A stretch of DNA of 64,000 nucleotides, taken from Candidatus Zixiibacteriota bacterium. Its GTDB lineage: Bacteria > Zixibacteria > MSB-5A5 > JAABVY01. Shown in pieces: positions 1 to 8,744 of this stretch (positions are counted from its first letter, which is position 1; each line of letters starts with the position of its first letter). The notes beneath the pieces are model-generated. The model saw nothing but the letters and a program-made list of their open reading frames with translations, did not search any database and was not told where the DNA came from. The position numbers and the translations under genes are program-made. The DNA lies in contig DSEQ01000025.1 in NCBI GenBank assembly GCA_011056555.1, positions 3,736 through 67,735 on the forward strand, written 5' to 3'.

Positions 1-2
1 TG

Positions 3-626
3 GAGAATGGAACACATGAAGCCAAATCTCTGATAGCCGAACTGACCTACGATTCGGAAATGATGACATATCATTCGACCGCGTACAATACTCAGCTTGT
101 CAATACCGACAGGCCGGTCTTTACCAAGACCCTGGAGTACGAGAATAAAGTCTCGGTTTCTGCCGCAGTGTTGGGGCAGGGACAGGTATTTGCCGGTTCC
201 GGGACGATCGCGACAATTCGCTTTGACAATGTCAGAAGCCAGGGTCCCGAACTGACCTTAACCCGGGCCGATATCCGCAACAATGACAACAAGAAGCTCC
301 TGGGCGACTTCACCGCACAGACTATAATGGCTTCGGCGGCATTGCCGGAGGCCTATGAGCTGTTCCAGAATCGTCCCAATCCATTCAATCCAGAGACAGA
401 AATCGCCTACAGCCTGCCCGAAGAGACTCATGTTACCATCAAGGTTTACAATATCGCAGGTCAAGTTGTAAGCACACTGGTGGATGAGGTCAGGCCGGCT
501 GGAATTCACAAGGTTACATGGAACGGCACCAATCAGAGCGGTTCCAGAGTAGCCTCCGGCGTCTACTTCTATCGTATGGAAACCAGTACATTCCGGAAAA
601 CCATAAAAATGATTCTGGTGAAATAG
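3..626 (+). CDS. Secreted protein, 5'-partial: cohesin-like domain plus C-terminal FlgD-Ig/'secretion C-terminal sorting'-like domain
   Basis: Frame is open from position 3. Cohesin-like GSGTIATIRF strand and the typical CTD LFQNRPNPFNPETEIAYSLP...WNG...ASGVYFYRM...KMILVK. Confidence 0.75.
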   Translation, partial: ENGTHEAKSLIAELTYDSEMMTYHSTAYNTQLVNTDRPVFTKTLEYENKVSVSAAVLGQGQVFAGSGTIATIRFDNVRSQGPELTLTRADIRNNDNKKLLGDFTAQTIMASAALPEAYELFQNRPNPFNPETEIAYSLPEETHVTIKVYNIAGQVVSTLVDEVRPAGIHKVTWNGTNQSGSRVASGVYFYRMETSTFRKTIKMILVK

Positions 627-637
627 ATTCAAACATG

Positions 638-666
638 ATCCGGAGGGGGGATTATCCCCTCCGGAT
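638..666 (+). other. Intergenic GC-rich stem-loop (weak terminator or RNA-stability element)
   Basis: ATCCGGAGGGG (638-648) pairs with CCCCTCCGGAT (656-666); no long U tract follows. Confidence 0.6.
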
Positions 667-682
667 TATTGAGGTACATATT

Positions 683-1765
683 ATGAGACATCCTTTGAAA
701 TTGCTTACTATTTTGACTGTCGGGCTGTTCTGCATACTTTATCCTGCCGTACTTGCGTCACAGGACGGCTCGGGACACGTACTCATTTCGCCTGAAGAAA
801 CAACCGTTACCATCGACGACACCTTCAGTATCTTTCTGGCAATTGATACTGTTGAGCTGGTAAAGGATTTTCTGGTCGATATACAGGTGGATACCAATAT
901 AATCAGACTGGACAGCTGTAAGCGGGTCAGTACATTTTTCACCGGACCCAGCGGAGCATTCACATACTGGAAAGATACCGTACAGTATTTCGGAGAAAAT
1001 GATTCGGCTTATGTCTACGAAATCCAGGGTTCGATCTTCGGCCCGGGCAATTTTGTCAATGGCCCCGGTGATTTGGTGCGGATGAAATACACCGCCGTGG
1101 GATACGGCATCAGCCCGGTTGACTTCCGTTACTATGAGTTCAGGGATACACTGGTTGATCCCCAAACCCATATGGGAAATATTATCGAACTCGAGGGAGC
1201 TCTGGACGGACAGGTTATCGTCTGTCCCACCGACCAGGCAATCATTTATGCCGGCCCGAACGATATTGGCTTTTTGTCTGAGAACGGACAAACTCCCGAT
1301 CCTCAAATATTTTCTGTGGCCAATCCATGCTTCGGGGATTTGCAGTGGGAGGCGTCGGAAAGCTGCAACTGGTTTGAGCTGAATTCTTATTCCGGAACAG
1401 CTCCCTCCGATATCACGGTTAGTATCGATATAAGCGGAGTCAATCCCGGTCTCTACCTCGACTCAATTGCAATAAGCTCCCTTGATGCGGCCAACTCGCC
1501 TCAATATGTGAGGGTGTCTCTGGAATTGACGCAGTCCTATCTTTGCGGTGACGCCAACGGTGATGGGAGTATCAATGTCTCGGATGCGGTTTACATCATA
1601 AATTACGTTTTCATAGGAGGCGCTGCGCCCGAACCGATGGCCTCGGGCGAGGTGAATTGTGACGGAAATGTCAATGTCAGCGATGCTGTCTGGATAATAA
1701 ATTATGTCTTCATAGGAGGCAACGCGCCCTGTGATGTGGATGGAGATTTGGAGCCTGACTGTTAG
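683..1765 (+). CDS. Secreted cohesin-like + BACON/Ig-like + dockerin type I protein
   Basis: GAGG RBS at 671, ATG 683, signal peptide, cohesin-like region (GPGDLVRMKY), BACON-like W..S...W...SGTAPS segment, duplicated Ca-binding repeat GDANGDGSINVSDAVYIINYVF / GEVNCDGNVNVSDAVWIINYVF. Confidence 0.8.
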   Translation: MRHPLKLLTILTVGLFCILYPAVLASQDGSGHVLISPEETTVTIDDTFSIFLAIDTVELVKDFLVDIQVDTNIIRLDSCKRVSTFFTGPSGAFTYWKDTVQYFGENDSAYVYEIQGSIFGPGNFVNGPGDLVRMKYTAVGYGISPVDFRYYEFRDTLVDPQTHMGNIIELEGALDGQVIVCPTDQAIIYAGPNDIGFLSENGQTPDPQIFSVANPCFGDLQWEASESCNWFELNSYSGTAPSDITVSIDISGVNPGLYLDSIAISSLDAANSPQYVRVSLELTQSYLCGDANGDGSINVSDAVYIINYVFIGGAAPEPMASGEVNCDGNVNVSDAVWIINYVFIGGNAPCDVDGDLEPDC

Positions 1766-1779
1766 GGAGGAAAATCTAT

Positions 1780-2490
1780 ATGAAAAATAAAATAATTGTG
1801 ATTATCATGCTGATAATCGTCTCAAATTGCACTGTACTTTTTGGCCAAATGCCGGAAATGGCGCTTATGCCTCAGCTGAGCTATACTTCGGGAGCAGGCA
1901 CATTCGATATAAAACTCCAGTTGCTTTCTAATATTTACGACCTCAAAGCATACTCGGTGGCGATACAATTCGATTCCACAATGATCGAAACCCATCCGGA
2001 CAGCATCTGGGAAGGGCCATTGCTGGGCAGCACCGGCGCGCCCACCTTCTTCTGGGCAGGATTCTCGCCCGATTCGGGCACGCTTTACATCGATGGCGCT
2101 ATTCTCGGAGATGGCATAACCACCGGTTCTATAGGAGAATTGGCAACTATTCGGTTCAATGCAGAAAATCCGGTGATACCCGGAGAGTGTCCCCTGAATT
2201 TTATCTCCGTGCGCGCCAGGGATGCGACCAACAGCCCGCTCTATTATGACACTGTAAATGCCACAGTTATAATATGCGAGTATCTTCTGGCTGATGCCAA
2301 CGGTGATGGCACAATCAATGTCTCAGATGCGGTGTACATAATTAATTTCATCTTTGTCGGCGGGCCCGCTCCCGATCCCCTTCTGGTGGGGGACGCAAAT
2401 TGCGATGATACTGTAAATATCAGCGACGCGGTTTATATAATTAATTACATCTTTGTCGGCGGCGATCCGCCCTGCCGCGTATGTTATTGA
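1780..2490 (+). CDS. Secreted cohesin-like + dockerin type I protein
   Basis: GGAGG RBS, signal peptide, GELATIRF cohesin-like strand, two dockerin repeats ADANGDGTINVSDAVYIINFIF / GDANCDDTVNISDAVYIINYIF. Confidence 0.8.
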   Translation: MKNKIIVIIMLIIVSNCTVLFGQMPEMALMPQLSYTSGAGTFDIKLQLLSNIYDLKAYSVAIQFDSTMIETHPDSIWEGPLLGSTGAPTFFWAGFSPDSGTLYIDGAILGDGITTGSIGELATIRFNAENPVIPGECPLNFISVRARDATNSPLYYDTVNATVIICEYLLADANGDGTINVSDAVYIINFIFVGGPAPDPLLVGDANCDDTVNISDAVYIINYIFVGGDPPCRVCY

Positions 2491-2753
2491 TTCTCAGTTT
2501 CTGATAAATAACCAACGGCTTAAACCGGGCAGAATTGACCGATTTTGAATCTCAGTCTGCTGGTGGGCTGATGGACGATCCATATTTTGTAGCGGCGTTT
2601 GCACAATTATCCGTTTGAAGCATGATGCGCTTTTACAACAAATAAGGGCTGTTTCTGAGGTCATATTTACCCGCAGAAGCAGACTTTCTTTTTGACACAA
2701 TCTTATCTGCATGTCCCCCAATTCATTAATAATTAAATTTGTAGAGCATTTCC

Positions 2754-2770
2754 CGGCACGGCTATTGCAT
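2754..2770 (+). promoter_or_regulatory. Sigma54 (-24/-12) promoter
   Basis: CGGCACGGCTATTGCAT: GG-N10-GC, one base from consensus TGGCACG-N4-TTGC; AT-rich tract upstream (2721-2740). Confidence 0.7.
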
Positions 2771-2779
2771 AAGGATTTA

Positions 2780-2893
2780 TTTAGTGGGGTTGGGTAGGCA
2801 ACCCTGATATTTGGGGGGAAGCCTTCTCGACTAGGGGCGAGCTCGTGAAGGTTCCAATTGAGGCCGGCAATCTTATAAGTTGCCGGCCTTTTT
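2780..2893 (+). ncRNA. Candidate structured small RNA (~110 nt), sigma54-dependent
   Basis: Starts about 12 nt after the -12 element, forms two hairpins and ends in a terminator; no RBS-led ORF on this strand. Confidence 0.5.
2861..2893 (+). terminator. Rho-independent terminator
   Basis: AGGCCGGCAA (2861-2870) pairs with TTGCCGGCCT (2880-2889), followed by a T run. Confidence 0.85.
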
Positions 2894-2983
2894 GAGATTT
2901 CCCGCCAGCCCCATGAATTCAAGCTGTTTTCGGTATAAGTCTAATCCCCCGGATGTCGATACGCCTCGGGATCAACAAAATAA

Positions 2984-3011
2984 TTGACATTTATATCCTT
3001 TTTGATATATT
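2984..3011 (+). promoter_or_regulatory. Sigma70-type promoter of the histidine kinase
   Basis: TTGACA-16 nt-TATATT with a TG extended -10. Confidence 0.55.
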
Positions 3012-3038
3012 CCAGCGGCTTTAAAATAGAAGCGTGTG

Positions 3039-5255
3039 ATGAAAATTCTTCCGATCTCTATCGCCCTGTTTATCTGCATCTTGAGCTGCGGTTCATCCGG
3101 GATGAATCCTGCTGAAGCGTTCAATCTGGAAATCGTTGAAGAACCATCCAGGCTACCATACCGCTTTACCGGCACGGGATGCACAAATTCCTGGAAATTT
3201 CCTATCAGCCTGGACAGCAGCGGAATACCCGCTCTCTACATCGTCCAGAATAACTGGCGAAAGCCGAGCGACTTATCATCCATCATCTTCAAATGGGAAG
3301 ACAAGGAACGCGACAATATCATAGCCCAGTTCAATGCCCGAACGGTCTTTATCATCTCCCATTATTCCGGCGACTTCGATCACGACTATGTCGAGGAGCT
3401 GGCCATAACCTATCTTATCGGCGATACGGTCTGGCTGGAGATTCTGGAACCCTTTGAAGAGAAGCAACATCGAATTCTGCTTGAGGTCGGGGAAGATTTT
3501 GACAGCAGTGGCAGCTGGGATGGCACCGTATTCGCTTTCAACGATTTCGATATGAATGCTGACGGCTTCAATGAAATCTTCGTAAGTGTTTCAGCCGGAT
3601 ATGACCTTTCTCCCAGATACCTGGCCTGTGTCGACTGGAAAAAAGAATCCATTATCTGGAAATATGACATGCCCCCTTATATCTCATTCGATCATTCCTA
3701 TATACTCCGGGATCCGAATTCCGGTGAGCATGTCCTGCTCTTCGGGGCAGGTTCGTTTTGCAACGGAGTGGAGGGCAATGGCCTTGATGACTGCCATTCC
3801 TATTTGATATGCGTGACCCTTGAGGGCGGGATGCTGTGGCAGAAGGAGATGGGCGGCAGATATACACATACCCATCCGGAACTCATCGATTATGACAATG
3901 ACGGCAAGCCCGATATCATCACGGAAATCTATCCCGAAGAAGATGATAGGCAGACCAGAGATATCATTATAGTTGATATTATGGGCAACACCCTGGATTA
4001 CATTATGATGGAAAAATATCTGAAAAATATGCAAATGTTCGATATCGACCTGGACGGGCAAGAGGAACTCTGCCTGTACTTTGGCGACAATTCCATTGAA
4101 TGTTACAATGATCAGCTTGAACTTGAAGTGTCCTTTAGCTGCGGGGCTCCACTGAGCTTCAGGGACAGTTATGACTTCATAAATCAGGGCAAACCGCAAT
4201 TCATTTGTAATGTAAGAGGAATCGGGCTGGCGCTTTTCGACTCAGAATTTAGACAGCTTGCCTTTTTGGATGAAGAGGATCCGGTTGAGGTATTCAAGTC
4301 TGATGCGGCGCTGGCGAATATCTTTGTACGGAATCCATCCGGCGGCTGCTCGTACAATATCGACAAGGCTCCCTGGCAAAGCGTTTTCTCCCGCTACCCG
4401 ATCCTGGCCTTCCTGGCCGGATTCATACCCTTATCGATAATCATCGCGGTTACCTGGATTATTCTCTTGAAATTCAGGCAGAAGAATAAGACCATTGCAC
4501 AGCAGCGAGATTCGCTTGACAATACCTTGAAAGAATTGAGGCAAACACAGCAGAAACTGATTGAAGCCGAAAAATACAAACAGGCCAAGGACATGGCTGG
4601 CGGCTTTGCACATGAGATTCGCAATGCCCTTTTCCCCGCCAAGGCCTCTATCAAAAAGATCGAAAGCGATCTTCGCAAAAGCGATCAGGCAGATTCGGGT
4701 ATTCCAAAGCTCACCCTGCTTGCCAGTACCGCCATCAGCAAAGCTATCGAGCTGACCAATCTGATTTCTCAATATACAAGGCTTGACTCGATTTACCAGC
4801 CCGAGAATGTAAATATTCACTCGATTATAGAGGAAGTGCTGGAGACCAACGAGTTGCGGCTCAAAGAGAATTCTGTTGAAATCAATCTTGAGGGTTCGGA
4901 TCAGGTCTGCATCGAGTCGAACCGCCGGCAGTTCTTTTCGGTCATAAACAATCTGCTTCTAAACAGCATAGATGCCATGAAGGATAAATCCGAGCGAAGG
5001 ATTGATATTTCCTGGTCCCATAATGAGAGTTCGGTATATCTTAAATTTCGCGATAGCGGCGGCGGCATCCCGCTCGAACTTCAGGAATCGGTGTTCAATG
5101 CCTTCCGATCCTATAAAAAAGAAAAGGGAATCGGCCTGGGCCTGGCAATAGTCAAGCGCGTTGTCGAGATGTATGGGGGCACAATTTCGGTCACGAGCCA
5201 ACCCGGGACGGGCACGAGCTTCAATCTGAAGCTAAAATCTTCGAAGTGCCCGTAG
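3039..5255 (+). CDS. Sensor histidine kinase with FG-GAP-like beta-propeller extracytoplasmic domain
   Basis: N-terminal signal, repeated D-x-D-x-DG loops, one TM helix, H-box GFAHEIRN, N-box NLLLNSIDA, G1 DSGGGI, G2 GIGLGLAI. Confidence 0.9.
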   Translation: MKILPISIALFICILSCGSSGMNPAEAFNLEIVEEPSRLPYRFTGTGCTNSWKFPISLDSSGIPALYIVQNNWRKPSDLSSIIFKWEDKERDNIIAQFNARTVFIISHYSGDFDHDYVEELAITYLIGDTVWLEILEPFEEKQHRILLEVGEDFDSSGSWDGTVFAFNDFDMNADGFNEIFVSVSAGYDLSPRYLACVDWKKESIIWKYDMPPYISFDHSYILRDPNSGEHVLLFGAGSFCNGVEGNGLDDCHSYLICVTLEGGMLWQKEMGGRYTHTHPELIDYDNDGKPDIITEIYPEEDDRQTRDIIIVDIMGNTLDYIMMEKYLKNMQMFDIDLDGQEELCLYFGDNSIECYNDQLELEVSFSCGAPLSFRDSYDFINQGKPQFICNVRGIGLALFDSEFRQLAFLDEEDPVEVFKSDAALANIFVRNPSGGCSYNIDKAPWQSVFSRYPILAFLAGFIPLSIIIAVTWIILLKFRQKNKTIAQQRDSLDNTLKELRQTQQKLIEAEKYKQAKDMAGGFAHEIRNALFPAKASIKKIESDLRKSDQADSGIPKLTLLASTAISKAIELTNLISQYTRLDSIYQPENVNIHSIIEEVLETNELRLKENSVEINLEGSDQVCIESNRRQFFSVINNLLLNSIDAMKDKSERRIDISWSHNESSVYLKFRDSGGGIPLELQESVFNAFRSYKKEKGIGLGLAIVKRVVEMYGGTISVTSQPGTGTSFNLKLKSSKCP

Positions 5256-5275
5256 TCTTTTCACTGATAGAGCTA

Positions 5276-6664
5276 TTACTGCCTATCGATGGCTGTTTTG
5301 TAAGGTGTAAATCCGGGGACTCCCTTGTGCATGGTCAGGTCGGGCTTATGGAAAGCGGGATCGTCCCTGATCGTCTTAAGGAGCCTCTCTCGTTCTTCGT
5401 CAGTGGCAAGATGTGCAATCCCCACAGCCCGTTCACCCATACTGAGGCTCTTGGGATCAAAGGCGCCATTCTCCGTCACCAGTATAACACGATCGGCTGG
5501 TATTGCAGTTGTAGTGATCCCGGCCGGGCATCTGTCAACGATTTTCGACCTGCCGTCGCGGGTGACTGATTTCATAGCGATTATGGCAACCCCTCCGGGA
5601 GAATACTGCGCCCCCCTGATAAAGTCGCTTTGGCCGCCGATCCCGCTGTAAATCCTGCGGGCATCCAGCGAATCGGCCCAGATATTACCGTGCAGGTCGA
5701 CCCCGATAGCCGAATTGATCGCCACCATATTGGGCTGCTGGGCGATCACAAAAGCATTATTGGTGTAATCCGAGGGCCGGCTTTGCACCGCACTATTGAA
5801 ATGAAGCCACTCGTAACCTTTCTGATCCTTGGCCAGGAAAATCGAGGAGACTGAGAAGTTGATCCGCGGCTTCCACTTATTGGTCACCAGACCCTTCTTC
5901 ACCAGCCGCATCATAGCATCGGCAAACAACTCCGTGTGTATCCCCAGGTGCTGGCAGTTTTTTTTGAGAATGGCCGAGGTAACCGCTTCAGGCACTTCCC
6001 CGATACCATACTGGAGGGTGGAACCGGGCGTCTTGCCGCTGCCGTCTTTGATATACAGGGCGGCAATAATTTCACCGATTCTCATGGCCTTCTTGTCGGG
6101 TTTTTGAACCGGGCTTACCGGCAGGGGATAATCCGCATCAATCAAATAGTCTATATATCGCTGAGGAATTGCGGTGCCACCTACAAAGGGCATGCGGGCG
6201 TTGCGCTCGGCTATCACCACACCGCCCTTGTCGCGGGCGGAGCGGATTGCCGCCAGGACCGCCTCCACCGTCGTACCCAGGCTGTAATTGCCGCCGTTAT
6301 CAGGTCCGGCCACCGAACACAGAACCACGTTGGGACCGTCAGGCTCGGGCGCATAGCGCGGTATCTCGGAAAGATGCATGGGATGATATTTGGCCCAGCC
6401 CTGATTGACCGCTTCCCTGGTCAGGAGGCTGTTGAATATCACCCTGTGGGTTATACTCTGACAGCGCTCTTTGGAAAACAGGGGCCTGATCCTCTCACCA
6501 AGCGGCAGCACACAGAATAAAGCGACATGCTTGATATCCATATCCCTGGCAAGCTGCTCCAGGAGGACCTGCGGAGTAGCGGCATTACCGGAAGTATAGA
6601 TCACGCTTCCGGGCTTCAGGATCTTCGGATTTATTACGCTTTCAACTCTTTTGACAATTTTCAT
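5276..6664 (-). CDS. Acetyl-CoA hydrolase / 4-hydroxybutyrate CoA-transferase family protein
   Basis: LQYGIGEVP, LGIHTE, AINSAIGVDLHG and SGIGGQSDFIRGA motifs. Confidence 0.85.
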   Translation of the reverse strand: MKIVKRVESVINPKILKPGSVIYTSGNAATPQVLLEQLARDMDIKHVALFCVLPLGERIRPLFSKERCQSITHRVIFNSLLTREAVNQGWAKYHPMHLSEIPRYAPEPDGPNVVLCSVAGPDNGGNYSLGTTVEAVLAAIRSARDKGGVVIAERNARMPFVGGTAIPQRYIDYLIDADYPLPVSPVQKPDKKAMRIGEIIAALYIKDGSGKTPGSTLQYGIGEVPEAVTSAILKKNCQHLGIHTELFADAMMRLVKKGLVTNKWKPRINFSVSSIFLAKDQKGYEWLHFNSAVQSRPSDYTNNAFVIAQQPNMVAINSAIGVDLHGNIWADSLDARRIYSGIGGQSDFIRGAQYSPGGVAIIAMKSVTRDGRSKIVDRCPAGITTTAIPADRVILVTENGAFDPKSLSMGERAVGIAHLATDEERERLLKTIRDDPAFHKPDLTMHKGVPGFTPYKTAIDRQ

Positions 6665-6757
6665 GAGGTTATAGATAATATGTTACAACAATAATTTCCA
6701 GCAATTTTATATCAAATCAGGTTTGCATCCCTTAAGTCCGGATCAAGATAAACACTT

Positions 6758-8026
6758 TCAATAATATATCTTAAACGAGACAAAATAAATATCCCCATAG
6801 CTTCCGAATTCGCTTTGAGGGACAACCGGGGGTACAATCGGTATTGCCTCTCTCTCCCTGAAGCCCTCGCCTATCCCGATAAAACCGCCCGCACTCAGGT
6901 ATATATTCTCTTCGATATTATACTCAACGCTGGGCGCTGCCAGCAGTGACGGATCGCCAAGATTGATGATCGCCTCCGCGTAGCCTGTTATAAGAGGCGT
7001 AATCTGGTATGAAAATCCGGGTGCCAGATAATGTTCTCCCAGAAAATATACCGAGCCCTCGCTATAAGCGGTTTGATTCAGCAGGCTGTAATAATCATCG
7101 GGGTCATTACTGCCGGCCTGGTTATAATGATATTCGATAAAGCTGTAGGTTCCGCTTCTAAAACTATAGTCCAGGCCGACAGAGCCGCGGAAGTATGATT
7201 CGTCTTCATCAAATCCATCATGTGACAAGGCGCCGGAAAAGACATACGCACCCTCAACCCAGAAACCTGCCCCGCCTATATAGCGCGTCAGATCAAATCC
7301 CAGCAGGAGATTTTCCCGGAATCCTATAACCATTCCGGAAATATCCGTGCGCTCTATATATGTTTTGCCCCGCAAGAAGAAGGCGCTATTCTCGAATTTA
7401 AAATCATCTCCGAAAACATATCCCAGGTCAAGTTCGCCCATAAAGCCCAGGGGATAGCGAATCCGCAGAGCATCAACGCCAATGCGATTTTCGATATCGA
7501 GCTCATTATATGGGAAAGGCGCCAGGACATCAGTGGGATTTATTACATGGGCCGAACCCCAGGCTATAGCCTGGCGGCCGAAATACAGGTCAAACTTCGG
7601 AAATGACAGGCTCAAATATGCCCGGTCGAGATTCTGATTTATCTTAAAGCTGCTTTCCTCGTCGTCATCTGGATATAACTCCCGCTCCAGATCAAGGGCG
7701 CGGTATCCATAACCGCGAGGATTAAAATCTAACAAGGCGGTCCTGTCCAACTGCTTATCCAGAATCACGGGGATCAAATTATATGAACAATGGAAATCCA
7801 CTTTCTCAGAAATCTCAAACCTGGTAGCAAGCCTAAGCCTGTTTGTGACCATCCCCATTAATCCAGGATCAGGGTCAGGGCCAGGGAAGGAGTGTTCAGG
7901 AAAATCAAGAACTGTTGAGAAATTCTTGTAATACCCGCCAATGCTGTACCAGTCCCCTTTCAAGATTGGAGGGCACCCGATCAGCATAATAATCATTATG
8001 ATCATAAGGCTGTTAATTTTTTTCAC
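6758..8026 (-). CDS. Putative outer-membrane beta-barrel protein linked to the ABC exporter
   Basis: Signal peptide, LDRAYL...GRQAIAWG motif, alternating aromatic strands, aromatic C-terminus (FKIYY). Confidence 0.65.
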   Translation of the reverse strand: MKKINSLMIIMIIMLIGCPPILKGDWYSIGGYYKNFSTVLDFPEHSFPGPDPDPGLMGMVTNRLRLATRFEISEKVDFHCSYNLIPVILDKQLDRTALLDFNPRGYGYRALDLERELYPDDDEESSFKINQNLDRAYLSLSFPKFDLYFGRQAIAWGSAHVINPTDVLAPFPYNELDIENRIGVDALRIRYPLGFMGELDLGYVFGDDFKFENSAFFLRGKTYIERTDISGMVIGFRENLLLGFDLTRYIGGAGFWVEGAYVFSGALSHDGFDEDESYFRGSVGLDYSFRSGTYSFIEYHYNQAGSNDPDDYYSLLNQTAYSEGSVYFLGEHYLAPGFSYQITPLITGYAEAIINLGDPSLLAAPSVEYNIEENIYLSAGGFIGIGEGFREREAIPIVPPVVPQSEFGSYGDIYFVSFKIYY

Positions 8027-8029
8027 GAT

Positions 8030-8737
8030 TCAACCCTTTACCTCATCACGATCAACCTTGCCGTCTTTCAGAACAATCAGCCGCCGGGCCTTTTTCATCA
8101 CGCGCTGGTCGTGAGTTGAAAAGATAAATGTAATTTTGCTTTTCTCGTTCAGTTCACGCATGATCTCCATCAGGCTCTCGGCCGCCTCGGAATCGAGGCT
8201 GGCGGTGGGTTCATCCGCCAGCACAAGGGCCGGCTTCGATACCATAGCGCGCGCCACCCCCGCACGCTGCTGCTGTCCACCGGAAAGGCGGTTGGGACGG
8301 CGGTCGGCCATATCCTCCAATCCCAGATCGGCGAGAATTTTCTTCACCCGTTCATGTCGTTCTTTTTTTGGCACGCCCTGCAGGAGCATAACATATTCCA
8401 CATTTTCCTCTACAGTCAGCACAGGAATCAGATTGTTCGACTGAAAAATAAACCCGATATTATCGCGCCTGAAATCGGACAGCTCCTTTCCGCTCATCTC
8501 CGAAAGCAGCTTTCCAGAAAGCCGGACACTGCCCCCGGTAGCATCATCCAGCCCGGAGATGACATTCAGAAAGGTAGTCTTCCCGGAGCCGGAAGGCCCC
8601 ACAATTGCGGTGAACTCACCTTCATCAATGGTCAGGTCAATTCCACGCAGTGCTTTTACCGGGACTTTGTCTTCACGGTATTCTTTGACTATTCCCTGAG
8701 CCATGACTACATGATTATTTTCTTTTTTGTTCATCAT
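8030..8737 (-). CDS. ABC transporter ATP-binding protein (LolD/MacB-like)
   Basis: Walker A GPSGSGKT, LSGGQQQR signature, LADEPT, THD. Confidence 0.95.
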   Translation of the reverse strand: MMNKKENNHVVMAQGIVKEYREDKVPVKALRGIDLTIDEGEFTAIVGPSGSGKTTFLNVISGLDDATGGSVRLSGKLLSEMSGKELSDFRRDNIGFIFQSNNLIPVLTVEENVEYVMLLQGVPKKERHERVKKILADLGLEDMADRRPNRLSGGQQQRAGVARAMVSKPALVLADEPTASLDSEAAESLMEIMRELNEKSKITFIFSTHDQRVMKKARRLIVLKDGKVDRDEVKG

Positions 8738-8744
8738 CTATCTC

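Noticed and set aside
518-682. Extended N-termini in the ORF track (518, 21371, 56734, 15087, 39475, 41130)
   Set aside because: They overlap upstream genes; downstream starts match the family N-termini, usually with an RBS.
1540-2480. Four similar ~70-bp DNA repeats as a CRISPR array or repeat element
   Set aside because: They are the coding dockerin repeats, with synonymous variation and no spacer pattern.
2494-2922. 142-aa minus-strand ORF
   Set aside because: No recognisable motifs, and it overlies plus-strand promoter, hairpin and terminator signals.
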